Assembly (NCBI GenBank): GCA_944381365.1 | Contig: CALWKW010000002.1 | Coordinates: 385,952 to 449,951, forward strand | Source: an uncultured Christensenellaceae bacterium | GTDB taxonomy: Bacteria > Bacillota > Clostridia > Christensenellales > UBA3700 | Length of the DNA stretch: 64,000 nt | Direction: 5' to 3' | Shown: piece after piece, positions 9,713 to 18,279 of the stretch | How the letters are laid out: each line of letters starts with the position of its first letter | How positions within the stretch are numbered: position 1 is the first letter of the stretch | Notes under the pieces: model-generated | The model's input: only the letters and a program-made list of their open reading frames with translations | Databases searched by the model: none | Told to the model about the DNA's origin: nothing | Made by a program: the position numbers and the translations under genes

Positions 9713-11397
9713 TATCTCACCTCCTTGATTTTGCCGTCTTCTATTTTGTAGACTCTGTCTGCTATCGCCATTGTCGATTCTCTATGCGATACCAAAATAA
9801 TACATTTGTCCTTTTTGCTGTCCTTGAGCGACTTAAGAATTATGCCTTCATTGATACTGTCTACATTGCTTGTGGGCTCATCCAAAAGTATAAGTTTGCT
9901 GCCTCTCAAAAAGGCTCTTGCAAGTCCTATTCGCTGTTTTTCGCCCGCACTCAGATTGTCGCCTAGAGTGCCTGCCTGCTGATTGTAGCCTTCGGGAAGG
10001 CTCTTGATAAGATTGTATACAGAAGCTTGTCTTAAGGCTTCATCGAGCTGGGCGAGTGTTGCGTCCTTGTTGGCTATCAAAAGATTTTCTTTTATAGTGT
10101 CGTCAAAAAGATAAGTGCTTTGACTGACCATTGTCACATTGTCCAAAAGACTGTCCGTGTTGACTGATTCTATATCTTTGTCATTATAGAAAATATCGCC
10201 TTCGCTCTTTTGCCAAAACCTGAGAAGAAGTTTTAAGAGCGTGGATTTTCCCGAGCCGCTTTCGCCGATAATTCCCACTATTTCGCCTTGTTTTGCGTGC
10301 ATGCAGATATCCTGCAATACCTTGTGAGAGTCATCGTAGCCAAAAGACAAATTTTGTACTTTTAGATTTTCAAAGACAAAATTTTCTTTGCCTTCTATGG
10401 GATATACTATCGGCTTTTCGTCCACAAGATTCAAGACTCTTTCGCCGCTTGCAAAAGTCTGTGTAAGATTGCTAGGCAATGCGGATATGGCAATGACGGG
10501 TCCGAAACTTCCGAATATTATTACAATGCCGACTATCATTTTGCCGATGTCGATTATATCTTTTTGATACAACCAAATGCCCACAACGACAGCTAGCAAA
10601 GTAAAGACAGATACCGCAAGTTCTGTAAGGGCAAAAGATAGAGTAGTCTTTCTTTTAAGACGGCGGGCATGAAGCAAAAGTTCGTCAGATTTTTTGTTGA
10701 CTTCTTCTCGTCTTTTATCGCCTGCATTGTGCAAGACGATATCCTTGATGCCTTTTATGCTGTCCATATAAAAAGCATTGAACAGCGAGAATGACTTTCT
10801 ATAACTTACTCCGTCATTTTTAAGATAAGAAGAAAATACAAGAGGGAAGACAATGCCAATCGTCAAATATCCTATAAGTGCCACAAGAGCCATATATGGA
10901 CTTATGGCAAAAAAGAGTATTGCAAGCATAGTAAGACTTACCGCAATCGCTATACATACGGGCGAAACGGTGTGTGCGTAAAAGACTTCGAGCGTCTCGA
11001 TATCCGCTGTAATCATAGCGATAATACTGCCTTTTTTCTTATCCTCGAGTTTTGCAGGGCAAAGCCTTCTCAACGCAATAAATATTTTGTTTCTCAACAC
11101 CGCCAAAAGTCTGAAAGCAATGAAGTGATTGAGATATTGCTCGATAAATCTCAAAAGTCCTCTTATGATGCCAAGGCCTATCGTAAGCCCGATTATCCAG
11201 CCGTATGACAATGCTATGCTTGCTCCCAATGCTTTGGCTATGCCGAGCGAGCCGAATATCGTGATTCCCATTGCACTCAAAAATCCTAAGCTTCCGTTGA
11301 GGACGGCAAAGAGCATTGCGTAGGCAAGACTGCCAAGCAAAACTATGAGCCTTGACATAATGACTATACCGCTTCTTCTCGATTTTTGTTTTTTCAT
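9712..11397 (-). CDS. ABC exporter-fold half transporter (TMD-NBD), CydC-like
   Basis: 561 aa with an N-terminal 6-TM domain. Motifs GESGSGKST, LSAGEKQR and LILLDEPTS. ATGA overlap with the upstream gene. Confidence 0.85.
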   Translation of the reverse strand: MKKQKSRRSGIVIMSRLIVLLGSLAYAMLFAVLNGSLGFLSAMGITIFGSLGIAKALGASIALSYGWIIGLTIGLGIIRGLLRFIEQYLNHFIAFRLLAVLRNKIFIALRRLCPAKLEDKKKGSIIAMITADIETLEVFYAHTVSPVCIAIAVSLTMLAILFFAISPYMALVALIGYLTIGIVFPLVFSSYLKNDGVSYRKSFSLFNAFYMDSIKGIKDIVLHNAGDKRREEVNKKSDELLLHARRLKRKTTLSFALTELAVSVFTLLAVVVGIWLYQKDIIDIGKMIVGIVIIFGSFGPVIAISALPSNLTQTFASGERVLNLVDEKPIVYPIEGKENFVFENLKVQNLSFGYDDSHKVLQDICMHAKQGEIVGIIGESGSGKSTLLKLLLRFWQKSEGDIFYNDKDIESVNTDSLLDNVTMVSQSTYLFDDTIKENLLIANKDATLAQLDEALRQASVYNLIKSLPEGYNQQAGTLGDNLSAGEKQRIGLARAFLRGSKLILLDEPTSNVDSINEGIILKSLKDSKKDKCIILVSHRESTMAIADRVYKIEDGKIKEVR

Positions 11398-13118
11398 ACA
11401 GCCGCCTCCTCAAGATAACCTTGCTCGAGTCTTTTTTGAGTAATGCAAAGTTTTTGATATTCTCCGCCTTTTTCCATGAGATAATCGTGCTTGCCTTGCT
11501 CGATTATTGTGCCGTCAGAAATATAATAAATATTGTCTGCATCTTTTACATTGGCAAGCCTGTGCGATATGATGATTACCGTTTTGTCTTTTGCAAGCTC
11601 CAAAATATTTTTCATGATGACAGCTTCGCTCTCTATGTCTATATTTGAAGTCGCCTCGTCAAAAATATAAATTGACTTATCTTTTAAGAGATTGACGGCA
11701 AGGGCAAGTCTTTGTTTTTGTCCGCCTGAAATATTGTCGCCTTCCTCGTTGACGATTTTGTCAAGTCCGCCGTTTTGTCTTATAAACTTGTCGAGATTGA
11801 CTTTTTCAAGTGCCTGCCACATCATATCTTCTGAAGCATTGGGACAAGCAAGCAAAAAGTTGTCATACACGCTCTCGTTGAAAATATATGTATTGTAATT
11901 TACCACGCAAAGATTTTCGTAATAATCGCTTCTATCCAAAGAAGAAAGTTCTTTTCCGCCTACCTTTACGCTTCCTTTATAAGGCTTTAAAGCACCCGTA
12001 AGCAATCCGGCTATCGTGGATTTTCCCGAGCCGCTTTCGCCTACTATTGCCGTCATACCCTTGTCAAATGTCATGTTTATATCTTTGAGAATATCTCGGC
12101 TTTTATCATAGGAAAAACTTATGTCCTCAAGCTCTATCTTTGTGCCTTGCACTTTTTCTTTTCCCCATACGGGCAAAGGCGTATTGAGTAGTTTGTATAT
12201 TTTTTTGCCTGCACTCGCTCCGTTCATAGCGACATGGAAGGCACTTCCTAAGCTTCTTAAGGGCAGGAAAAATTCTACTGCTATGAGAATTAAAAACAAA
12301 GCTACAAAAGGCGAGAGATTTTTTGCTGCCACTCCCCATATTGCTATAGCTATGCCTGCTCCCGCTCCGCCAAAAGCCACTATGTCCATTATCGTGGTAC
12401 TTGCAAGTTGCATTACAAGTACTTTCATGGTTATCTTTCTGAACTCTTCGGCTTTTTGGTTCATTCTTTCGTTGTAGACCTCGTCCATTTTGAAAATTTT
12501 CAGCTCTTTCATGCCTTGTATGCTGTCAAGAAAGCTGTCGCCCATTGTGATGTATTTGCCCCAATATTTTGCAAAGATTTTTTTTGCATACTTGGACACC
12601 GCCACAATAGATACGGGTATGAGCGGAACGCATGCCAACAATACAAGTGCCGTACGCCAATCCAAAAATACGCACACGATAAAAAGCAATACAGGTGCTA
12701 TCATCGAATAAAAAAACTGAGGCAGATAATTGGAATAATACAAATCGAGCTGTTCGATACCTTCAAGGCTCACTTGGGTAAGTCCTGCGACATTCATGTC
12801 GTCCAAAGAATTGACTCCCAAATCGACTATCTTCTTGTATGTCTTTCCTCTCAAATCTTTTTTGACTTTTGCACCGAGATTGTCTTTTATTCTGCCATTT
12901 AAAACAGACAAAATCATGCGAATGATTATTCCTAAAAATATCCCTGAAAACAAGGGGATAAAATCTACAAAAGACGCTTTGTTGTAGGCAAAATAAATCG
13001 CAACGCAGATACATGCCGTAATGCCTATATTTATGAGCATAGACAATACTGATATAATCACTGCAAAAACTATGCCTTTTTTGTTTTCTAGCAATTTGAA
13101 TAATTCTTTGTCCAACAT
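11394..13118 (-). CDS. ABC exporter-fold half transporter (TMD-NBD), CydD-like
   Basis: 574 aa. Motifs GESGSGKST, ISGGQKQR and IYIFDEATS. Confidence 0.85.
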   Translation of the reverse strand: MLDKELFKLLENKKGIVFAVIISVLSMLINIGITACICVAIYFAYNKASFVDFIPLFSGIFLGIIIRMILSVLNGRIKDNLGAKVKKDLRGKTYKKIVDLGVNSLDDMNVAGLTQVSLEGIEQLDLYYSNYLPQFFYSMIAPVLLFIVCVFLDWRTALVLLACVPLIPVSIVAVSKYAKKIFAKYWGKYITMGDSFLDSIQGMKELKIFKMDEVYNERMNQKAEEFRKITMKVLVMQLASTTIMDIVAFGGAGAGIAIAIWGVAAKNLSPFVALFLILIAVEFFLPLRSLGSAFHVAMNGASAGKKIYKLLNTPLPVWGKEKVQGTKIELEDISFSYDKSRDILKDINMTFDKGMTAIVGESGSGKSTIAGLLTGALKPYKGSVKVGGKELSSLDRSDYYENLCVVNYNTYIFNESVYDNFLLACPNASEDMMWQALEKVNLDKFIRQNGGLDKIVNEEGDNISGGQKQRLALAVNLLKDKSIYIFDEATSNIDIESEAVIMKNILELAKDKTVIIISHRLANVKDADNIYYISDGTIIEQGKHDYLMEKGGEYQKLCITQKRLEQGYLEEAAV

Positions 13119-13119
13119 A

Positions 13120-13638
13120 TCAACCTACCAACACCGCTTTTGTCAAATCGACTCTTATCGAAAATTTTACTTCTTTGCCCATGAGTTTTACTTTGGTACT
13201 CATTGCCATTTTGTCGTCAAGCATATCCCTTTGAATATCAAATTTATAGCCGTATTTATCTCCTTCTATCATGCTTTGTCCCTCTATAAAAATGTCGTCT
13301 TTTCCAAGTTTTACATTGTCAAGCATATTGCCCGAGCAATAGAAAGTAAGAGTGCAAATGCCTTCGTCTATATTTACAATCACATAGTCTTCGCAATATT
13401 TGCTTATCATACTTTTGCCCATAGTGCTTGTGTCTTCTATCTCATAAACGATTGAGTATGTGCCGCTTTTATATTCATCGATATCGTATATCTGACCGTA
13501 AGTCCTGCCAAAAGAATCCACTCCCGACTTTATAGTTTCTGTGCTTTTGTCTTCGCAGGCTGCAAACATTGCCACAATACCGATAAGGACAATCAAAACT
13601 ATGATATTGACAATCAATTTATTTTTGAGTTTTTGCAT
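13120..13638 (-). CDS. small NEAT/Shp-like lipoprotein
   Basis: Lipobox MFAAC. The block GTYSIVYEIEDTSTMGKSMISKYCEDYVIVNIDEGICTLTFY follows the NEAT pattern (G-Y-x-v-y...S-M-x-x-K-Y...dG-x-y-x-t-l). The C-terminal beta-strand region is Met-rich. Confidence 0.5.
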   Translation of the reverse strand: MQKLKNKLIVNIIVLIVLIGIVAMFAACEDKSTETIKSGVDSFGRTYGQIYDIDEYKSGTYSIVYEIEDTSTMGKSMISKYCEDYVIVNIDEGICTLTFYCSGNMLDNVKLGKDDIFIEGQSMIEGDKYGYKFDIQRDMLDDKMAMSTKVKLMGKEVKFSIRVDLTKAVLVG

Positions 13639-13966
13639 TTTGCTTTTTCTCCTTTTTTTGTTGATGTTTGTTTTTTATTGTTTCGCTAATATGCTGAATG
13701 GCAAGTCGGGGATTGTAAATCATCATTCTCGGTCCGCTGTACTTCATGACTTGTCTTATCTTTTCTTTCATAGAGGGCTTATAACAATGTATCTTGCAAT
13801 TACTGCAAAATGTCTTGTTATCGCCAAAAGGGCATTTGTGCCGTCTTTCTTTGACATAATCCAAAAGCTCCTTACATTGCTCGCACAAATTGTCGCACTT
13901 GTGCTTTTTTTTGCAATAAAGCTTTATCATGAATTCTACGACTTGAATTTCTTTTTGTTCTTGCAT
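13619..13966 (-). CDS. nitrous-oxide-stimulated-promoter (YgbA-like) family Cys-rich protein
   Basis: The spacing CxxLCxxC...RRHKCPFGDNKTFCSNCKIHCYKPSMKEKIRQVMKYSGPRM matches the conserved YgbA-family pattern as I recall it. Confidence 0.7.
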   Translation of the reverse strand: MQEQKEIQVVEFMIKLYCKKKHKCDNLCEQCKELLDYVKERRHKCPFGDNKTFCSNCKIHCYKPSMKEKIRQVMKYSGPRMMIYNPRLAIQHISETIKNKHQQKKEKKQNAKTQK

Positions 13967-13985
13967 AATATCCTCTTTATTAATA

Positions 13986-14001
13986 GTTAGTCTATGCTAA
14001 C
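13986..14001. promoter_or_regulatory. GTTAG-class operator-like palindrome
   Basis: GTTAGtctatgCTAAC, flanked as AGTTAG...CTAACTTTATAG. It sits in the leader 20 nt upstream of the ygbA-like ATG. Confidence 0.55.
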
Positions 14002-14106
14002 TTTATAGTCCAAAAAAAATTAAATCTTTCGATTTTTATATTTTGTCAAAGCCTTAAAAGCGATTTATTTATCTTGGCTTTTTTGTCTTCTGCTGTAATC
14101 AACTAT

Positions 14107-14135
14107 ATTGTAAAAGATAAAAATGCGTTTGTCAA
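14107..14135 (-). promoter_or_regulatory. strong sigma-70-like promoter of the ygbA-like/NEAT/ABC/ECF operon
   Basis: On the minus strand: TTGACA, exactly 17 nt, TACAAT. Confidence 0.6.
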
Positions 14136-14142
14136 TAAAAAT

Positions 14143-14158
14143 GTTAGCTTTGGCAAAC
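14143..14158. promoter_or_regulatory. degenerate GTTAG-class site next to the -35 box
   Basis: GTTAGctttggCAAAC, with one mismatch in the right half-site. Confidence 0.3.
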
Positions 14159-14331
14159 TTTTTTATAATTTTCTTTATATGCTATGTTTTTGGCGATTAT
14201 TTTATGACAATCATATTGCAGTTTTTTATCTTTAATATTTTGAATATAAAATTTCAACCTTTGAATATAGTTTTAAAATAAAAAATTTTGTTTTTTTCTA
14301 ATAAACAAACTAATAATAGAAAAACTTACAA

Positions 14332-14361
14332 TAAAAAAATGCACTTCTTTTTGAAGTGCAT
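14332..14361 (-). terminator. rho-independent terminator of the aspartate kinase gene
   Basis: ATGCACTTC-ttttt-GAAGTGCAT followed by a T-run on the minus strand. Confidence 0.75.
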
Positions 14362-14379
14362 TTTATATTTTAATTGAGA

Positions 14380-15699
14380 TTATTTTTCAAAAGCTTTGTA
14401 TATTGCGTTGATAGCTTTTTCATAATCGCTCGTAGCAATACCTACGATGATGTTCATTTCGCTTGAGCCTTGGTCTATCATTCTGATATTGATATTCTCT
14501 TTTGCCAAAGCCTGACAAAGCAAAGACGCTGTACCGGGCTTGTATGACATACCGTGTCCTACGGTAGCTACCAAAGATATGCCGCTCTTTATCTCGATAT
14601 GGTCGGGATTTACGACTTTCTTGATTCTTTCGATTACTACTTCTTCCTTGCCTGCAAGTTCGCTGTCGGCAATGACGATACTCATTGTGTCAATACCTGT
14701 GGGCAAATGCTCAAAAGATATATTGTAGTATTCAAGCACAGCCAAAACTTTGCGTACAAAGCCGAGCTCGCTGTTCATCATTGATTTTTCGATATAAACA
14801 ATGCTATATCCCTTTTTGCCTGCAATACCTGTGATGACTCTGTCTGCCATATCTTTTTCTTCGAGTTCTGCCACAATCATAGTACCTTTTGCTTCGGGGC
14901 AGAAAGTATTGCGAATATTGATAGGAATATTGCTTATTCTTACAGGGAAAATAGACTCGGGATGTAATACATTGGCACCCATATAAGCCAATTCTCTCAA
15001 TTCTCTATAAGACAACTTTTCGATAGGCTTGGGATTTGCGACAATACGAGGATCAGCGGACATAAAGCCGTTGACATCGGTCCAGTTCTCGTACAAGGAA
15101 GCACCTACCGCACGAGCAATTACAGCACCTGAAACATCGCTTCCGCCTCTGCTGAAAGTATGCACGAGACCGCTTTCGTCTCCGCCGTAAAAACCGGGGA
15201 TAACAGCTCTGTCGATTTTGCTGAGCACTTCTTTGACTTTCTGATTTGTGATTTCAGGCTCAAAATCACCGCTCTCATTGAAGACCATGATATCCTTTGC
15301 ATCGATAAAAGTGAATCCCAACTTAGCAGCGGTGATAACAGCAGAAAGATATTCGCCTCTCGAAGCACAGAACTCTGCGGAGTTGTACTTCAACATATCG
15401 CTTTCTACTTTGTCGAGATAGCTGTCGATATCGAGGTCGAGAGCAAGATCTTCTACTATGCCTTTGAATCTTTCTCTGATTTTTTCAAAAGTAGCTTTGC
15501 ATTCGCCATTGATTTGCAAATCGTGATAGCAAGCATAAAGCATATCCGTAATTTTGTGGTCTTGAGAAAATCTCTTGCCGGGAGCGGATACTACTACATA
15601 TCTACGCTTTTTGTCTTGATTGATGATATCGGCAACTTTGGAAATAGACTTGGCATCAGCCATAGAAGTTCCGCCGAATTTAACAACAGTAACTGACAT
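14380..15699 (-). CDS. aspartate kinase (monofunctional, YclM/AK-III-like)
   Basis: VVKFGGTSMAD and VVVSAPGK N-terminal kinase motifs. Length 439 aa, with a C-terminal ACT-like region. Confidence 0.9.
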   Translation of the reverse strand: MSVTVVKFGGTSMADAKSISKVADIINQDKKRRYVVVSAPGKRFSQDHKITDMLYACYHDLQINGECKATFEKIRERFKGIVEDLALDLDIDSYLDKVESDMLKYNSAEFCASRGEYLSAVITAAKLGFTFIDAKDIMVFNESGDFEPEITNQKVKEVLSKIDRAVIPGFYGGDESGLVHTFSRGGSDVSGAVIARAVGASLYENWTDVNGFMSADPRIVANPKPIEKLSYRELRELAYMGANVLHPESIFPVRISNIPINIRNTFCPEAKGTMIVAELEEKDMADRVITGIAGKKGYSIVYIEKSMMNSELGFVRKVLAVLEYYNISFEHLPTGIDTMSIVIADSELAGKEEVVIERIKKVVNPDHIEIKSGISLVATVGHGMSYKPGTASLLCQALAKENINIRMIDQGSSEMNIIVGIATSDYEKAINAIYKAFEK

Positions 15700-15732
15700 A
15701 ATGTACTTCCTCTTATAATCTTTATACTCAAT

Positions 15733-15761
15733 ATTTTACAATGCCACTTGTCTTTTGGCAA
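15733..15761 (-). promoter_or_regulatory. aspartate kinase promoter
   Basis: On the minus strand: TTGCCA, 17 nt, TAAAAT, with a TG immediately upstream of the -10 box (extended -10). Confidence 0.5.
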
Positions 15762-15794
15762 GCAATTTGAAATGACAAAATAATATTTTGTTGT

Positions 15795-15833
15795 AAAAAA
15801 ACCGCCATATAAGAGCTTAAAGGGCGGTTTTTT
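15795..15833 (-). terminator. rho-independent terminator downstream of the DUF1015 gene
   Basis: ACCGCC...GGCGGT stem followed by a run of 7 T on the minus strand. A second stem-loop without a T-run (GATACCGCA/TGCGGTATC, 15927-15963) abuts the stop codon. Confidence 0.6.
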
Positions 15834-15969
15834 AGAATTATTCAGCAAAATTTTATAAATTGTTGTCAAAACCAAATCCATAGCGGATTTGAATAAATTT
15901 GTTTTTTGACAATCATTATCAATTAAGATACCGCAATTTATCTTCCATTCAAAATGCGGTATCAAAATA

Positions 15970-17211
15970 TCAATCTTCAGTGATTTTTCTGCACTCGAGA
16001 TAGTATCTCTTGTCTTCGGCATGTCCCATGGAAAAAGATTTTCTAGGCAATACGCCTCGTCTTACCACATAATCAAACAATCCGTCTTTTTGAAGTTTTG
16101 GCATAAAGACTGCCACGCCTTTTCCATCTTTTGCGACTTTCAGTAAGTGCTCATCGCCATGGATATAGTCTATCACCATATTTTTGTGCTTTTTTGCGTA
16201 TTCGTCCATAAGCGATTGAATATCTGCGATAGCATCGCTCGGATTGTCGCATACATTCCAATAATATATGGTATCTTCATATACTACTTTTATCTGCTCC
16301 TTCCCGTCAAGTTTTTGCAATCTGTCATGCATGAAGTCTATAAACTTTTTGTCCACGCCGAATACCACTCTGTGTATAGGCTCGAAATCGAGAGATTTGT
16401 CATGAAGATTGACAAGCTCGCAAAGTGCATATCGTGCGGGATGATTTTTTTGCTGTTCGGCGGTAAGGTTTTTCTTTACAGCCTTCCAGCATTCCTTCGC
16501 CGTAGCCAATGAATGATTGCCGTCTCCTACTGCAAACAAAATAGGCTTTTTTGTTCCGTATTTTTCCTCAAGCACTTCTTCATCCAAAAGCTTTGCAAGT
16601 TCGTCAAGAATCTGCGAACAGTTTGTCACCTTATAGCCTTTTACTCTTCCGCCGTTCATATTGAGTTCGAAGTCATATATAAGCTCTAGAAAATCTCTGC
16701 TTTCATAAAGCTTTTCTATTATCTTCTGGCTTCTGTCATCCATAAGCATCATTATATGAGGAAGCTCGAGACACGCTCCTTTTCTCACTTCTATACGGGC
16801 AGGAAGTCTTTCTACGACAGTCTTTTCCGTGGCTTTTATAAGAGCATCGTTTTCCTCGGTATATTCATAGTCCTCGAGGTCTACCGCTATAACAAGTCCC
16901 AATCTGTGTCTTCCGTCATTCATGGTTCTGTCAACAAGCACAAAGCCTTCGAATTCTTCAAAAACACCGCCTTTTAGATAATTGTACATATTGGCGTTGA
17001 TTTTTTCTATACGGGCTTGTTTGTCGTCTTTTTCAAGATATACCTCAGGATAAATGAGATTTAAAGTAGAAGGGCTTTCTCCTACAAAATCGCTGAGCTT
17101 TTCCCAATAATCTACCTGTGATGTAAACTGGTCGCAAGCAATGACGCTCCACTTGCTTTTGTCTATGTATTGTTTGGGTAAAAGTATTTTGGGAACTTTG
17201 ACTGTCTTCAT
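15970..17211 (-). CDS. DUF1015 family protein
   Basis: 413 aa. The blocks AVGDGNHSLATAK, FEPIHRVVF and PRKSFSMG...YLECR resemble the conserved DUF1015 blocks. Confidence 0.65.
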   Translation of the reverse strand: MKTVKVPKILLPKQYIDKSKWSVIACDQFTSQVDYWEKLSDFVGESPSTLNLIYPEVYLEKDDKQARIEKINANMYNYLKGGVFEEFEGFVLVDRTMNDGRHRLGLVIAVDLEDYEYTEENDALIKATEKTVVERLPARIEVRKGACLELPHIMMLMDDRSQKIIEKLYESRDFLELIYDFELNMNGGRVKGYKVTNCSQILDELAKLLDEEVLEEKYGTKKPILFAVGDGNHSLATAKECWKAVKKNLTAEQQKNHPARYALCELVNLHDKSLDFEPIHRVVFGVDKKFIDFMHDRLQKLDGKEQIKVVYEDTIYYWNVCDNPSDAIADIQSLMDEYAKKHKNMVIDYIHGDEHLLKVAKDGKGVAVFMPKLQKDGLFDYVVRRGVLPRKSFSMGHAEDKRYYLECRKITED

Positions 17212-17289
17212 TTATGTTTTCCTCTTATGATAATATATAGATAAGACTTTATCGGCATTAAAAACTGAATATTTTTTTGAGCCGACTAT

Positions 17290-17318
17290 AAAAAATGTCA
17301 AACTTTTTCGTTTGACAT
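17290..17318 (-). terminator. rho-independent terminator of cdaA
   Basis: ATGTCAAAC-tttttc-GTTTGACAT followed by a T-run on the minus strand. Confidence 0.7.
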
Positions 17319-17331
17319 TTTCGTCACACTC

Positions 17332-18150
17332 TTATTTGTCTTTTTTGGTGCCTTTTTTCTTTCTCTTTCTAGCAGGCTGAGAGCTTATGCGATAGATGAC
17401 TTTTATCTCTTCGAGCAACTTTTCGGGAGTCATATATCTTTTGATAGTGCCTGATTGTACAACGCTTATGATACCTGTTTCCTCACTCACTACAATGGCA
17501 AAAACATCGCTTTCCTCTGTGATGCCGATAGCAGCTCTGTGTCTGGTACCCAAATCCTTTGCAAGCGTCACTTCCTGCGACAAGGGCAAGAAACAACCTG
17601 CCGAGATAATTCTGTCGCCGAGCACTACTACCGCACCGTCATGCAAAGGTCCTTTTGTGCTGAATATACTCTCAAGCAAACCGCTGGAAATCGTAGCGTC
17701 CATTGTCGTACCCGTATCGAGAATGTGAGGGGGAATTTCCGTAGGAGCAATGATAATCAAAGCACCCACATCGTTCTTTGCCATATTCTGACAAGCCTTT
17801 ACTATCTCTGTGGCAGAAATAAGGAGTTGTTCGTCCGTGGTGGCATAATCGCCGTACTTGACTTTTTGTTTTCTTGCGATTTTGCTCATGAATATCTTGA
17901 GGTCAGAGCGGTAGACCGTAACTGTCGCAACAATCCAGAATATCGTCACATACCTCAATATGTCTACTGCTATGAATGCAATATTGCTGTACTTATGATT
18001 GAGAATAAGCAAAGCAAGATAAACAACGGTATAAATAGCCACGCAAACCGCTATACGATAGCTGTTGCGTCTTGCAAAAAAGGTAAGCATTGCTATTGCT
18101 ACCGACAATGTAACTACTATATCAATAATCACCCAAGCTGCCGATTCCAT
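17332..18150 (-). CDS. cdaA: diadenylate cyclase CdaA (3 TM + DAC domain)
   Basis: N-terminal TM helices. DAC motifs GALIII, PLHDGAVVV and LGTRHRAAIGITEESDV. Confidence 0.9.
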   Translation of the reverse strand: MESAAWVIIDIVVTLSVAIAMLTFFARRNSYRIAVCVAIYTVVYLALLILNHKYSNIAFIAVDILRYVTIFWIVATVTVYRSDLKIFMSKIARKQKVKYGDYATTDEQLLISATEIVKACQNMAKNDVGALIIIAPTEIPPHILDTGTTMDATISSGLLESIFSTKGPLHDGAVVVLGDRIISAGCFLPLSQEVTLAKDLGTRHRAAIGITEESDVFAIVVSEETGIISVVQSGTIKRYMTPEKLLEEIKVIYRISSQPARKRKKKGTKKDK

Positions 18151-18279
18151 ACCGTCCTCCGAAATTTTCTTTCTTATCTATAATATTACATTTTATGTTA
18201 AAAATAAAGTGTTTTTGGGCAAGTTTGGCTTTTAGCCCGCAATATATTTATTTTGAGCCTGAAAACCTATCGATTTTGA

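Noticed and set aside
15700-15969. An expected lysine (L-box) riboswitch or T-box upstream of the aspartate kinase gene. I also looked upstream of ddh (62872-63240).
   Set aside because: I could not find the conserved L-box elements (AGAGGnGC, GAGUA, GCCGAAG-type helices) or T-box sequences. The lysC upstream hairpins are better explained as terminators of the preceding gene, followed by an ordinary promoter.
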